A stretch of 64,000 bases of DNA from Malacoraja senta (Eukaryota). This document shows positions 1 to 12,480 of the stretch, one piece after another. The translations under genes and the position numbers were made by a program. Position 1 is the stretch's first letter. Each line of letters opens with the position of its first letter. The stretch covers positions 69,316,001 through 69,380,000 of the forward strand of contig CM075981.1 in the NCBI GenBank assembly GCA_038087875.1, written 5' to 3'. Below the pieces are notes generated by a model that was not told the DNA's origin, did no database searches, and was given only the letters and a program-made list of their open reading frames with translations.

Positions 1-475
1 TAAAAATATAATGGGTAAATGAAAATCATCATCTTTGAATTTTTACTGTGAGAGTTAAGGTAGAGTTCCAAGGTTTATGAGTTTTTACATAAATGCCATT
101 TGAAAGGATTCCCATATCATTGCAAGCTTGAGCATTCACAGGCAAAGGCTTGAGCATTCAAAATTGAAACACATCCCTGTTCAGATTAATGGAGACACAA
201 GGAATGCAGATGCTGGTTTACAAAAAAGACTCAAAGTGCTGGAGTAACTCAGTGGGTCAAGCAACATCTCTGGAGAACATGGATAGGTGACGTTTCAGGT
301 CAGGACCATGTTCTCCAGAGATGCTGTATGACCCGCTGATTTACCCCAACATTTTGTGTCCTGTCAAATTAGTCTTAGGGCTTGAAATTATTGGTTTTAA
401 CTGATCCATTATTTTTTTAAATTGTAAAAATCATGTTTTCGACTACAGATAATATTCCATACTACCAATAAATGT

Positions 476-1060
476 CAATACAATACAATACAATACAATA
501 CAATACCATTTATTGTCATTTGAACCTCAAATGAGGTTCAAACAAAATTTGGTTTCTGCAGCTATACAAACAAGTAAAAAGAACCAAGACACAACACAAT
601 TTACACAAACATCCATCACAGCGAATCTCCTCCTCGCTGTGATGGAAGGCAAAGTCTTATCTCTCCCCTGCACTCCCCATTCTCCTCCCGATGTCAGAGT
701 CAGAGCCCCCGGCGGGCGATGGAAAATAAGTCCCGCGGCCATTAAAGCCGCGCCGGGCGATGCAAGGCCGCCCTCCGGGTCTGGATGTTGGAGCCTCCGG
801 TAGCGCTAGCAAGTCCATCGGCCATTTAAAGCCGCGCCGGGCGATGTAAGACCCTGCTCCAGGTCATCTTCAACCCCGCAACTCGGGCGGGAGAAGTTGC
901 CGTTGCGGGAGCCCCGAAAAGCAGTCTCCCACCAGGGACCCGCGAGCTCCCGATGTTACCGTCCACCAGACCTGCGGCTGGAGCCTCCAATCTCCGGGGT
1001 CGGGTCACAGCCGCGCGTCACCGCAGCTCTCCACGCTCCGAACTCGACCAATCACATGGA
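476..1060 (-). mobile_element. GC-rich non-coding retroelement with (TATTG)n tail
   Basis: (CAATA)n at ~476-505 adjoining TTTATTGTCA (TGACAATAAA on the minus strand); CpG-rich body; shares CTGTG..GGAAGGCAA..GT with the 26858 and 36375 elements. Confidence 0.65.
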
Positions 1061-1528
1061 ATTTAAATTTTCTTTCAAAATTCTACAATTGGCTTTCAAA
1101 TAGTATATTTTGATTTATTGATGCTGATTGTGGCAAAAAAGGCAAAAGTGTAGCATAAAAGAGATTTACAAGATTACACGATGGAAAATGAAAATCATGT
1201 CGGAGAAATAATGAAGAGGATATCTGAATTAGCTCATTGGTAGCACAGAAATATCCTCTCTATCGTTATCTCCAATACAACGTGTAGGATTTCATAGCAC
1301 CTTCACACTGTATTGTCCATAAAATGTAAAATCCAGTTTCCACTTGTGAAGAAATGCCGAGGTCACATATCAGGAGTGAAACTAAAATTATTGAACATGA
1401 GGAAGAGGACGATGTTGGTCATAATTATGAGATTGGGAACCTGAATGTAGATCAGCCAGAGGAAGGAAAGCCTCTTACAGCACCTTCTTTACCCATAGTA
1501 TGGGTAGCGCTACTACAACATGATACTT

Positions 1529-1582
1529 GGGGTGGAAAATTGCAACCTTCACGTGGTCCGCCCTGTTTTGACGAATGCAATC
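1529..1582 (+). ncRNA. Minimal HDV-like ribozyme (copy A)
   Basis: P1 GGGGUGG(1529-35)/CCGCCCU(1558-64) with G1-U wobble; P2 AUUGCA(1539-44)/UGCAAU(1576-81); P3 ACC/GGU; L3 UUCACGU; G1565 available for P1.1; vestigial P4; J4/2 C1572-GAA. Confidence 0.85.
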
Positions 1583-1669
1583 AACCCGTCATGCACAATC
1601 AAATAAGATCAAGTAGAACAAGTTGTCCTACAACTTTAGGCTGTGCACGCCATACACAAGAAGAAGAAG
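1529..1669 (+). mobile_element. Short non-autonomous retroelement (ribozyme-headed SINE/SIDE-like), copy A
   Basis: Flanked by AACATGATACTT (1517-1528) and AACGTGATACTT (1670-1681); ends in (GAA)n; near-identical inverted copy at 4042-4186. Confidence 0.9.
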
Positions 1670-4041
1670 AACGTGATACTTGCGTTCCTAAAGAACCTTG
1701 TATTATAGAAAACCATGTTCTGAAGACAATTGTGTCAATGGGGACCTGTGTCAGATTCGTTATATCAGTTATTTTTTGTGCAAGAGTTTCAAGTTCAGAT
1801 TTGTTACTGCAAGCCTAAAATACTGTGGGTTGTTTGTTACATTGTTTAAAAGAGTATCATTGCACAAGCATCAATAGAAGCGATAGCTTGTCTATTTAAA
1901 TGACCTTCTGCGGTGAAACTAGCAACTGTGTTCTTCAGAGACAATGGTGTCTGATTGCTGAAGGGAGGTTACATGTAAAACGGTTTCTTCCAACACTGAA
2001 TTTTTTTTCCAAGACAGCTTTTTTTTTGTTTGTCAATCTCCAAAGTAACTTATAAATAGTTCTCTGACTACTGATCAAAATCACATTGCAATCAATTCAA
2101 CCCAAAGAAAATAAATAGTGTTCCCTAGTTCATCGATCACATTATATCTAATTCATATTATGGAAACGCACATAATAGCAGAACCGCAGGTTTTTCCATT
2201 CATTAATTTTCCTGCATTAATTATACCTTAGATCAAATTTCAAAGGCAAAAGGTGCTATGCTTTAAATCTCTGGATTATTTCATCATGTGTTGCCTGAGC
2301 AAGGTCAGAATCAACATTGTATTCAGCTGCTTTGGCGATGAAAACAGGTTTCTGTGCAATTTCCAGACTGTTAAGTACAGCATCAGTGGAAGTGAAAGGA
2401 ATTCCAACACAGCATACTGTCAGGTTACACATGGTATTTTCAAGGTGCAGTTGCACAGTAACCACAGGTTTTAAAAGTTACTGTTACCATGTGCAGTAAA
2501 CAGTACCTGATTTATGTTGTCTGGGTTTAATTTGGACCACAGGATACAGGAGTCAGTTTACATGCCAATATCTTTGCTATGCCAATGAATCTTAAGTAAT
2601 CAAGAATGCAGATGGCTGAATCCACTTTCTTGGCACATTTAAATAATTTCTGGGTCTGTTTAAAACATGTCCATGAAAGACATCTTCTAGACCCTCTCAG
2701 ATTATAAAATAAAACATTCACACCCACCACAGTCTACAAACCATGTAGCAATACATTAAACAGGGAGCGACTCAGAATTCCACTGACCTCGGGTTACAAT
2801 CCTCAATAACCGAGGATTGATATCCAATTTACAGCGCCCCAATCAAGATTCACAACAATGTAAATGTCACACAATTATCCTCGACAAATTAATTACAGAG
2901 CTTGTACATGTAGAACAGCAGCATATGAAGAAAGAGTCTGGGAGCTTTCTCAATATTTTTCATTTAATATAACATAATACAAAAAAGTCTGGCAGTAGCG
3001 CTACAATTCAGAATCTTGCAGTTATCTTGCAACCAGTTTTCACTGTGATCAAGAATAATTCAATTGGCAGTGTGTAAAAATGTCTTTGGACACTAAAACC
3101 TAAAATGCAAGCTATGAGCATCATCCATAACATCCGTTTTACAACAAAACGCACTGTCATTTCACAGCAATTTTTCAAGTAAACTCGGCAGTTTTCAAGA
3201 TGCAAAAGTTTGTACTGCCATCTGGCAAAAAGCACTGAAGGATCAATGTGATACAAACATAAAAATACATGACAATTACATCTCCCAATTAAGAACCGAT
3301 CATCAAACTCTTGTCAGTCATGCTTTTCAAAATATGTTTTGTGCATTTGTGTATCAATTCTTTGCTAGACAACTGATCAATTCTCAGGATTTAGATCACA
3401 TTGTTTTTTAAAAAGGTGAACAGGGCAAAATTGCTTCCAAATTCACAAGAGTATAGAATGGCTCTGAACGCACTCAAATATGTTTGAATGCAAACTTTTG
3501 AGTTCCTGAAATTGCATAATGATACACAATTTGGTAGTAATGCCTTATAAATTTAAAATCTGCATAAATTCAAAAACTGCGAATAGCTGAAGACGATTGT
3601 AACTAAATATGCTGTATTAAACACTGACACTATTGTACCTATGGACTCAGGTTAAGTATAAAGTGATGCTTCACATTGTTCATGTCCATGAAATGGTGAG
3701 ATATTCCTGATTCTGTATTAAGTCGCAGCATGATGGCTCTGATGGTGCACCTGGCCACGTTCTTAAAACCTGCGTGAACCAACTGGGTGGAGATTTTGCG
3801 GACATCTTCAACCTCTAGTTACTAATGTCCGAGTTTCTCACCGTGCCCATGAAGAGCAAGGTGGTATGCCTCAATGACTATCAATCGGTGTGCTTATTTC
3901 CATAGTAATGAAGTGCTTTGAGAGGTTGGTTATGGCTCATATCAACTCTTACCTTGGCAAGGATCTGGACCCACTACAATTTGCTCACCTCCACAACAGA
4001 TCAACCAACGATACCATCTCACTGGCTCTCCACTCTGCGCT

Positions 4042-4186
4042 TCTTTTTCTTCTTCTTGTGTATGGCGTGCACAGCCTAAAGTTGTAGGACAACTTGTTCT
4101 ATTTGATCTTACTTGATTGTGCACGCCAGGTTGATTGCATTCGTCGAAACAGGGCGGACCACGTGAAGGTTGCAATCTCCCACCCC
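4042..4186 (-). mobile_element. Short non-autonomous retroelement (ribozyme-headed SINE/SIDE-like), copy B, inserted in a Rex1/Babar RT
   Basis: Flanked by CACTCTGCGCT (4031-4041) and CAGTCTGCGCT (4187-4197); (GAA)n tail on the minus strand; interrupts the ...LALHSAL|DHLDN... RT sequence. Confidence 0.9.
4133..4186 (-). ncRNA. Minimal HDV-like ribozyme (copy B, sense to LMF1 transcription)
   Basis: Minus strand reads GGGGUGG GA GAUUGCA ACC UUCACGU GGU CCGCCCU G UUUCGA C GAA UGCAAUC, giving P1 7 bp, P2 7 bp, P3 3 bp, L3, minimal P4 with UUCG loop and a catalytic-C-type CGAA. Confidence 0.87.
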
Positions 4187-7100
4187 CAGTCTGCGCTGGA
4201 CCACTTGGACAATAGGGACATGTGCGTCAGCCTGTTTGTTGTTCGACTACAATTCAACATCATCATCCCCTCCAGATTTGTTATCAAATTCACGGATTTC
4301 TACTTATCCCTGTGCACTGTATCGTTGACTTCCTCACTGGCAGACCACAAACAGTACAAATTGGCAACAACACATCCTCCTTTATAACCATCAGCACAGG
4401 TGTATCTCCAGGCTATATGCTCAATCACTTGCTCTACTCACTCAATGCTCATTACTGTGTAGCCAGACACCATTCCAATGCCATCATTACCCTGAAGATG
4501 CCACCACTGTTTGAATGAATATTGGGTAATGATAAGCCAGAGTTTAGGAGGGAGATGGAAAATCTGATTGAATGGCAAGGAGTGCCTTTGGTTGAACTAA
4601 AGACTACGGGTCATTGCACTAGTATTGTTACTATCAGTTCTTTTTTTTTGTTCATTACATATATTCTCTGTGTTTATTGGATTTACTGACCGCTTACATT
4701 GCCTCAAGTAATTTCATTCCTCTGTTCCTGGTACATATGACAATTAAACACCCTTTACTCTTGACACTCAACGTCACAACGGGACACCATTACAAGCAGC
4801 CAGTAACAACTCCTGAAACGAAGCTAAAGAGGACTGATGATTTACTTCAAGGTAGAATTGCCAAATAATTCAAAATACTGTCTAAATGTGTTATCAGTGA
4901 CAAACAAGGCCAGAGGAGTTGCTGCACAGTTCAAGGTTTCTTCTTCAGGAGCAAAAGAATTGTCATTCAATACCTTGATCTGAAGAAAGGTCCAGACCCA
5001 AAACATCACCTATCCATGTTCTCCAGGGTTGCTGAGTGACCCATTGAGTTACTTCAGCTTTGTTTTTGTCTTGCCATTCAATACATCGGCTCAGATTTAT
5101 AAAAGTGACTCTGCAAATGGAGCATCAAACAGGCCATTTAATTTAAGCAGAAACTTCTGTATTTACTCAGAAGACCAAATAGAGGCCAAAAGAGCCTACA
5201 AGATCACTGCTTATGCAGTGTTTGAATTTATCCCAATCAACTTTGTCTCACCCTTTCAATGTATTCCTCTTGCTTTATCCCTCATGGGGTTACTTAGCTT
5301 CTCTTAAAACACATCCACGCTACGCAACTCAATGATTCCTTTTTAGATTGAGTTTGAAATGAATTCCAAGTTAACCGTAGTATGAAAATTAGAAGTGTAC
5401 ACAACAAATTAACGAGTACAGGCCAAAATTGATATTCTATCTCATTCCCAATCCTCTTAGCACCCAACCGTTCTCTGTGATCCTCTCTCTAGCCCATTGC
5501 CCTGTCCCAATTCTCCAACTCTGATTGATGACAATCAGGGCAAAACTCCAAACCCAACCAAGTTGCATTTATAGTTTTGAAATAGCATTTTCTACTTTTA
5601 AAAATGGATGGCAAAACAAACCACGATAAAAGTAATCAATAAATGTAAAAAGTCTCAATTTTACAAAGTGATGTCATCTGCAATTGCCTCCATCAACCCA
5701 ATAATCCATTTTGTTCAGATTATCTTTAGAACTGAGTATAAAAAGTCTCAAATTTGTTGTTGAAAAGAAATCATAGGCAGCATACAACAAACTTTGAGAC
5801 CAAGGCTTCCATTTTTCCTGCTTCTGCAAATCCACTGAAGCAAAATATAAAATCCCATTATTCATTCAATAAACTGGCATCAAACCCACTTATTATTTTA
5901 CGGAGTAATGAATTAAATACTCTGCTCAGCTTGTTGCATTTGTGCCACCAGCGCATAATCGTGATTCTAGATTTCAAAGAAAGCACAATACTAGAATGTG
6001 CAATTTGCTTGATCTAGTGACTCGGAGATCGAGAACTGCACACATCTATGTAAATCTCTTTATTTAAAAAAAGAATGTAACCAATGTCAAAAATAAACTC
6101 AACCAAAAACTATTTATTGGCCCAGATTCACCTGGCTATCCTTCATTGAGGAATTTGGCAGTGATGAGTCACTTACGATCACAGCTCACCTCCTTGGATG
6201 TTTTTTATAGATCACACTGCTGCTGGACTACTCAAAATGAGGTGGTAATTTCTCACAGATCCCCAACACTTTTGATGGGAAATCAGCTGGATGAAGTTAA
6301 AATAGAGCCAAAATAGAGAGGGAGAAAGAACGGCTTCACAAGCTATCAAAACCTGCTACTCGCCTTCTTTGTTCCGCTCCATTTTCACAATACACTGCCT
6401 TGGACCACATCGATGAAAATGAAGTTAGCTTCAGCAAGAAAATTCCCATTAGGAAATCAAATCAAATCGACTTCCTAGATTGCTCTGTGGAAATTGCTTT
6501 GGTTGACAGTGCTGCATTACGGATACTATGCCAGTGGAAGTTGTAGCTATGGTAACTATAATATCCACTTCCCTGCAATTGGACCTAGCCTAGTGCACTA
6601 CCGTTTGCAGATGTAATACAGATACAATACAGAAATAATTCCAAACAATTGCCTTCTTTCTTTGTGAGTAAGCTTTAAAATTAAGGCATAGGTCCACACA
6701 GCAAAAATACTAACACAATAAAAAGAAAACATAAGAGAAAATGAGGCAATTTTAGGAAAGTCCAAATCATGATTTTCAAAGGCATGTAGACTGAAGTAAG
6801 AATGAAGGCTGTGGAACCACACCGACTGAGGGCATTCAACAAGAGCAATAGAAGTGTTATCAGTACCATTTAGTAACCACTAATCTGTTATGGCCAAACT
6901 CTAATTATTTCTATAATTGTTAGAATTACTGATCACACTTTAAGTTTGTTTATGTTTTTCTATCTGTAAGCCACAAAATCCCATACAGTTTAAGACAATC
7001 ATTCTTAGTTTGTGTAGGAAGGAACTGCAAATGCTGGTTTAAACCGAAGATAGACGCAAAATGCTGTAGTAACTCAGCGGGACAGGCAGCATCTCAGCAT

Positions 7101-7290
7101 CCAGAGATGCTGCCTGTCCCACTGACGGATTCCAGCATTTTATCCAGAGATGCTGCCTGTCCCACTGAGTTACTCTAGCATTTTGTGTCTATCTTAGTTG
7201 TTCTCCTCGGGTTGTTTATTGGCACAACCTCAATGATTAAACAGAAACTGGAAGTTTCATGGACAGTATCCTCAGCCAGGTGGCTTACTA

Positions 7291-7610
7291 TTAGTTTAGT
7301 TTACTTTACTTTAGTTTAGAGATACAGCGCGAAAACAGGCTCTTCGGCCCACCGAGTCCACGGCGACTATCGATCTCCGCACACTAACACTATCGGATAC
7401 ACGCAGGGGACAATTTACATTTATACCAAGCCAATTAGCCTACAACCCTATACGTCTTTGGATTGTGGGAGGAAACTGGATCTTCCCAGAGAAAACCCCA
7501 CGCAGGTCACAGGGAGAATGTACAAACTCCGTACAGACAGTACCCATAGTCAGGATCGAACCGGTTCTCTGGCGCTGTAAGGCAGTAACTCACCACTGTG
7601 CTACCATGCC
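7291..7610 (-). mobile_element. tRNA-derived V-SINE (HE1-like)
   Basis: Minus strand shows a tRNA-like head (GGTAGCACAGTGG..GGTTCGATCC), V-domain GGAGTTTGTACATTCTCCCTGTGACCTGCGTGGG..GTTTCCTCCCACA, and a (CTAAA)n tail. Confidence 0.85.
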
Positions 7611-9178
7611 TGGATGACTGTGGCTAAAGGGATCAGGGGGTATGAAGAGAAGGCAGGTACAGTATACTGAGTTGGATGATCAGCCATGATCATATTGAAT
7701 GGCGGTGCAGGCTCGAAGGGCCGAATGGCCTACTCCTGCACCTATTTTCTATGTTTCTATGCCGCCCCCAATTGTATCCTGTGTCCTACAAATGCAGTGA
7801 ACAACTGTGTCCCAAATAGAACAAATAGGATCTACTGACCCAATGTGCATCACACCACCAACCCATCCCCATCATCCATCCCACACCAACCATTCAATTT
7901 CCAAATTCACCAACACTGGGTCAATTTGTTCCATCCTTGCTTTGTGTATTGTTTTAGAATTGAAGGACAAATGAACAAGCATTGGTTTCTGAGTGAACAA
8001 AAAATATTAGAGGATATAATCAATGCAATCAAGCAATTAACTCCAATCATATATTCATGTTCAAAGAAACATCAACCGATGTGAATCAACTAATCCAGGT
8101 TGCTGCTGTGTGAATTGGCATAAAATCCAGCCAATTGTTTGACTGTGTGGTTTCAATTCTCTATTTTACATGTTTTAAATAGATGTGGAATGAATGATGA
8201 AGCGATTATGTTTGACTTTAGTTTCAGTATATTTGTGAAAGTAGGAGTGAACAGAAGTCACTGTCCATTTCCTGCTTTTTGTTGGAATCAATCATATTAG
8301 TGGAAAATAAATTTATTTTGTTCATTACTGTAAGGACAACGGGCATCATAGCCAATATGTTTTTCCCTATAACCACCCTGCCGTAAATAGGGCCTGGACT
8401 CAGCAGTTAACAGTGAACTAACAATGGACTACACTCTATCACCAAAAATTATAATGCTCAAAGACAGAGCTCTTAACCTAGTCACTGAAGGCTGAAATGG
8501 CAAGATTACAGTGGACCTGGATCCGAGTGAAAATGTTTGATAAAATATCCAATCTGAGTAACTGCATTTTTCAACGCCACATGACTGGAAATGTATATTT
8601 GGAATGGGTTGAGATACTGTTTGTTACCAGTTATTTTAATCACCCTGGAAATTAGACCATGTACTTTCAGTCTTGAAGCAACAAGCATTCACCAGTTTAT
8701 CATGTATAATTCAACATCAGCCTTCGAGTACCAATCATTTAGTGAGCTGCCAGGAGAAAGTGGGTCACATCGTTCCGATTCAGATTTGTCATTCCAAGAA
8801 AAAACACAATTTTTCAGCACGGCAATCTTTGAACCTGTGCAATATTATGTGCTGTCACAAATTTTAATAGATCTCAGTGGTTTGTTGCAAAACACTCTGA
8901 GGCTGGCTTCTGAACCCACTCCTTCTGACCAGTGACTTGGTGAGACGCACTGTCATTCACAAATGTAAATCGCCTTCCAATAATTTATTCTGTGGTAATT
9001 CTACTGGGCGCTGGATGAACTGGATGACTGTATAGGCATGAGAGCAAAGATCTTATGGTCTTTGCCTGAGAGGCAGGGTCAATTAGTCAGGAGCTCCAAG
9101 GAAGGAGCCAAAAGAGCTTACAAAAAGTATAGAAAAAGGCAAACTTCCTATAATTGGAGCCATTGGCACGGATACAAA

Positions 9179-9515
9179 AAGATAGACACAAAATGCTGGA
9201 GTAACTCAACGGGACAGGCAGCATCTCTGGAGCGAATGAATGGGTGATGTTTTGGGTTGAGACTCTTCTTCAGACTGAGAGTCAGGGGAGAAGGACTCTA
9301 GAGATTATGGAAGGATAAAACGACAGATGAAAGCCGATGCTGATAAGGAAATGTAGAATGGTTCATTGTTAGCTGAGGGGAAGGTGACAACGAGGCATAC
9401 AATCAGTAATATCAAATCAGGAGGACAGTAGAACTAGACGAAGACCTAGCATGGGGAAGGGACGGAGAGGGAAAGGAGGGGTTACTTGAAGTTAGATAAA
9501 TCAATATTCATACCG
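9179..9515 (-). mobile_element. Penelope-like element 3' end/pLTR (hammerhead core decayed)
   Basis: Reverse complement of 61445-61800. Confidence 0.75.
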
Positions 9516-9657
9516 TACATACAAATTCTGATCTGCAACTCCTTGAATTATGGCCTGATTTTAGTATTCTAGCAGTTAGATAAATCAATATTCATACCGT
9601 ACATACAAATTCTGATCTGCAACTCCTTGAATTATGTCCTGATTTTAGTATTCTAGC
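9490..9657 (+). repeat. 84-bp tandem duplication
   Basis: 9490-9573 and 9574-9657 are identical except for one substitution (GGCC/GTCC). Confidence 0.95.
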
Positions 9658-9849
9658 ATAGCATTAATCCATGTAAATGAACCAATCATCTAATTGAACT
9701 GCTCCGAGACATTATACCCTGCTCAAAAACGTTGGAGATCTATGTTTTAGATTGCTTCTTCAAACAAAGTGGACCATAGCTACAGAGCCATTGATGTTCT
9801 TCATGCACGTTTAATATTGCAAATGATCTTCGCAATGCAGATCACAGAC

Positions 9850-12480
9850 AGAACTGAAGCAACAGGGTTGTCATACTGAGTGACTTTAACATCTTCAATT
9901 TTGACTGGGGCTTCCTTCATACAAGACAGGACAGCATGTGTCCGTGATATCTAGGAGGGTTACTTGAAAGAGTATGTGGATAGTCCTATAAAAGGAGAGA
10001 CCATATTGGACCTTGTATTGGGAAACGAGCCTGGTCAGTTGACTAACGTTTTAATGGAAGAGCATTTTGGGAACAGTGATCACAACTCCTGAAGTTTTAA
10101 AATAGTTATGATTAGGATAGGTCTGGACTTTGGAGAACGTACTAAATTGGGGGAGGGAAAATTACAACACTATTAGGCGGGAGCTCGGATGAGTAAATTG
10201 GGAGCAGCTGTTATTGGGTAAGTACGCATCTGACATGTGTGATTCATTTAAAGACCAGCTGATCTTGTTCCAGTAAGGAGGTGGGACATACAAATGGCAC
10301 GGTAAGGGAACTTTGGATGAAAATCCAATTTGATCAAAAAGGAAAAGAAGCATATGTAAGGTTTAGGAAGAGAAAAAAAGACAGGGCCTTTGAGGAATAT
10401 AAAGAAAGCAAGAAAGAACAAGCAGGGAATAAGAAGGACAAAGGGGACCGTGAAATGTCCTTTGCAATTAGGGCTAAAGAACCATTTTATACAAACAAGA
10501 GGGTAATTAATGAGAGGGTAGGACCACTCAAGAATGAAGGAGGGATGCTTGGAATGAGAGGATGTGGGCAAGGTATTAAACGTGTACTTTGCACTGGTGT
10601 TCACCAAGGAGAATGACATGGAGGAGATTGAGATCAGTATATTATTATGCTAGGGCATTTTGCGATCAAAATGAGGTGGGGTTGGGTTTCTTGAAGAGTT
10701 TCAATGTGGATAAGACCCTAGTGCAAGTTATGCCTTGCAAACTTAATTGAGATTCTTTTGAGGAGCTGACAAAAGTGATTAATGAAGGTAGGGACATGGA
10801 CGTTGCCTACATGGACTTTAGTAAATGATTCGACAAGTTCCCCCTTGATAGACTGATCCAGAAGATTGTCATTCTGGTTGGTGGTCTGTGACCAGTGGTG
10901 TTCTACAGGGATCAGTGCTGGGACTTCCGTAGTTTGTGATATATCTTTTCATATATATATATGTCCATGCCTCACAATGAAACCCAATGTTCCATTAGAT
11001 AGACACAAACAACTAGAATAACTCAGCTTGTCAGGCAGCATCACTGGAGAAAAAGGATGGATGACATTTCGGGACCCTTCTTCAGAATGATGCTGCCAGA
11101 CGTTTTCTCCAGAGATGCTGCCTGACCCCAAGTTACTCCAGTACTTTGTGTCTATCTTTTGTACAAACCAGCATCTGCAGTTCCTTGTTTCTACATTGTT
11201 CCATTACGCTTTCCTGCTGCTTGCTGAGTTTTCACAGCAATTCTCGTTTCATGTACGAGGACTCCAGATCACTCTACATTACAACATTTTGTAGCCTCAG
11301 TCCATGCAAACATGGCATTTATTTTCCTCCCCAGGTGGATGACGTCATATGTTCCCTCATTATTTTCCATATAAAGGGCTGCACTGTGGGATTGAAGATG
11401 CAGAGGAGCTCCCAGGAAACACAGACTAAGCAAGTCATGGATATGGCAAATGGAGCATAATGTAAAAAAATTTGAGTTTATCCACTTTGGTAGTAAAAGC
11501 AGTAAACCAAGGTGTTTGGTTCTAATAGTGAGAGTTTAAAAGGTGTTGGTTGTTAGGAGGACTTGTGTATCCTTCTGCAGTAAAGCTCTGTTAATCTGGC
11601 ATGTTTGGGTTATTGATGGTGACAGACTGAAAAATTCTCTGGATTATTGTATGTTATTCCTATTAATATTTGAACACACTTTAAATTAGATTTACACAGG
11701 AGAATAAATATTTCAGAGAATCTGGTAAGTTTAAGGGGAGCTCATGAATCCTGGATCCCAATGCGTTGAAAGGAACACAAGCATCAGCATCTCGTGAGCT
11801 GCCAAACCATCTGGATTTCCAAACAATCGGATAGCAGATTATTAAAGTTTTTACTGTCCATGAATTGCCAAAAGTGAATGTGCAGTTATAGCATGCAATT
11901 AGGAAGGCAAACCATACATTGCCCTTTCTTGTAAGAGAATTTAAGTACAGCAATCTCACTGCATTTATAAGGGCCTTGTTCAAACCGCACTTCGAATATC
12001 GTGCATAGGTCTAGTGTTCCTTTCTAAGAAATGACATGTTTGTGACAAAATAGTTTATCAAATTGATTCTTAGGATTGAACAAGTTGTTTCTTTGAGGAG
12101 AGGTTAAGTACAGTGGGCCAATATTCCCATAGTTAAGAAGAATGAGAGAAAATCTCAAGGATGTTGTATATTTCGTTATGGAGCCTGGCAGGATTATGTA
12201 GGGGTGGCATTTCCCCTTGCTGGAATGTTTAAATCTAAGGATCACAATCTCAAAATAAATGGCTGGCCACTCAGAACTGAGATGAGGAAAATTTCTTCAT
12301 GGATCCTTGGTTATTTGGAGACCCATATATTCAAGTCTGGGACATAGATTTTGGATTCTAAGATAACTAAGGAATATGGGTAGTACAGGAAAGCGGCACA
12401 GAGGTAAAATATTAACCATGCTCTTAATGAATGGTAGAGCCCACTGAATGAGTTTCTCCAAATTCTATTTCTTATGCTCT
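9850..12480 (+). mobile_element. Cluster of decayed CR1-clade LINE fragments (interrupted by a Penelope-derived hairpin at ~10998-11195)
   Basis: Endonuclease-like (GDFN, LDLVL, SDH) and RT-like remnants; CR1-type 3' end near 12410-12480. Confidence 0.7.

Larger units (their letters stand above)
3720..4765 (+). mobile_element. Decayed Rex1/Babar-type LINE (RT fragment plus 3' tail)
   Basis: LNDY..., [37 protein letters not shown] motifs with frameshifts; tail ATGACAATTAAAC..CTCTTGAC. Confidence 0.8.

Noticed and set aside
1529-1600. tRNA or 5S-derived SINE head for the 145-bp element
   Set aside because: No A/B boxes or cloverleaf; the HDV-like fold explains the pairing better.
1354-1818. 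154-aa ORF, and the similar peptide at 3942-4175
   Set aside because: The shared peptide is simply translation through the ribozyme element; there is no recognisable protein family or splice context.
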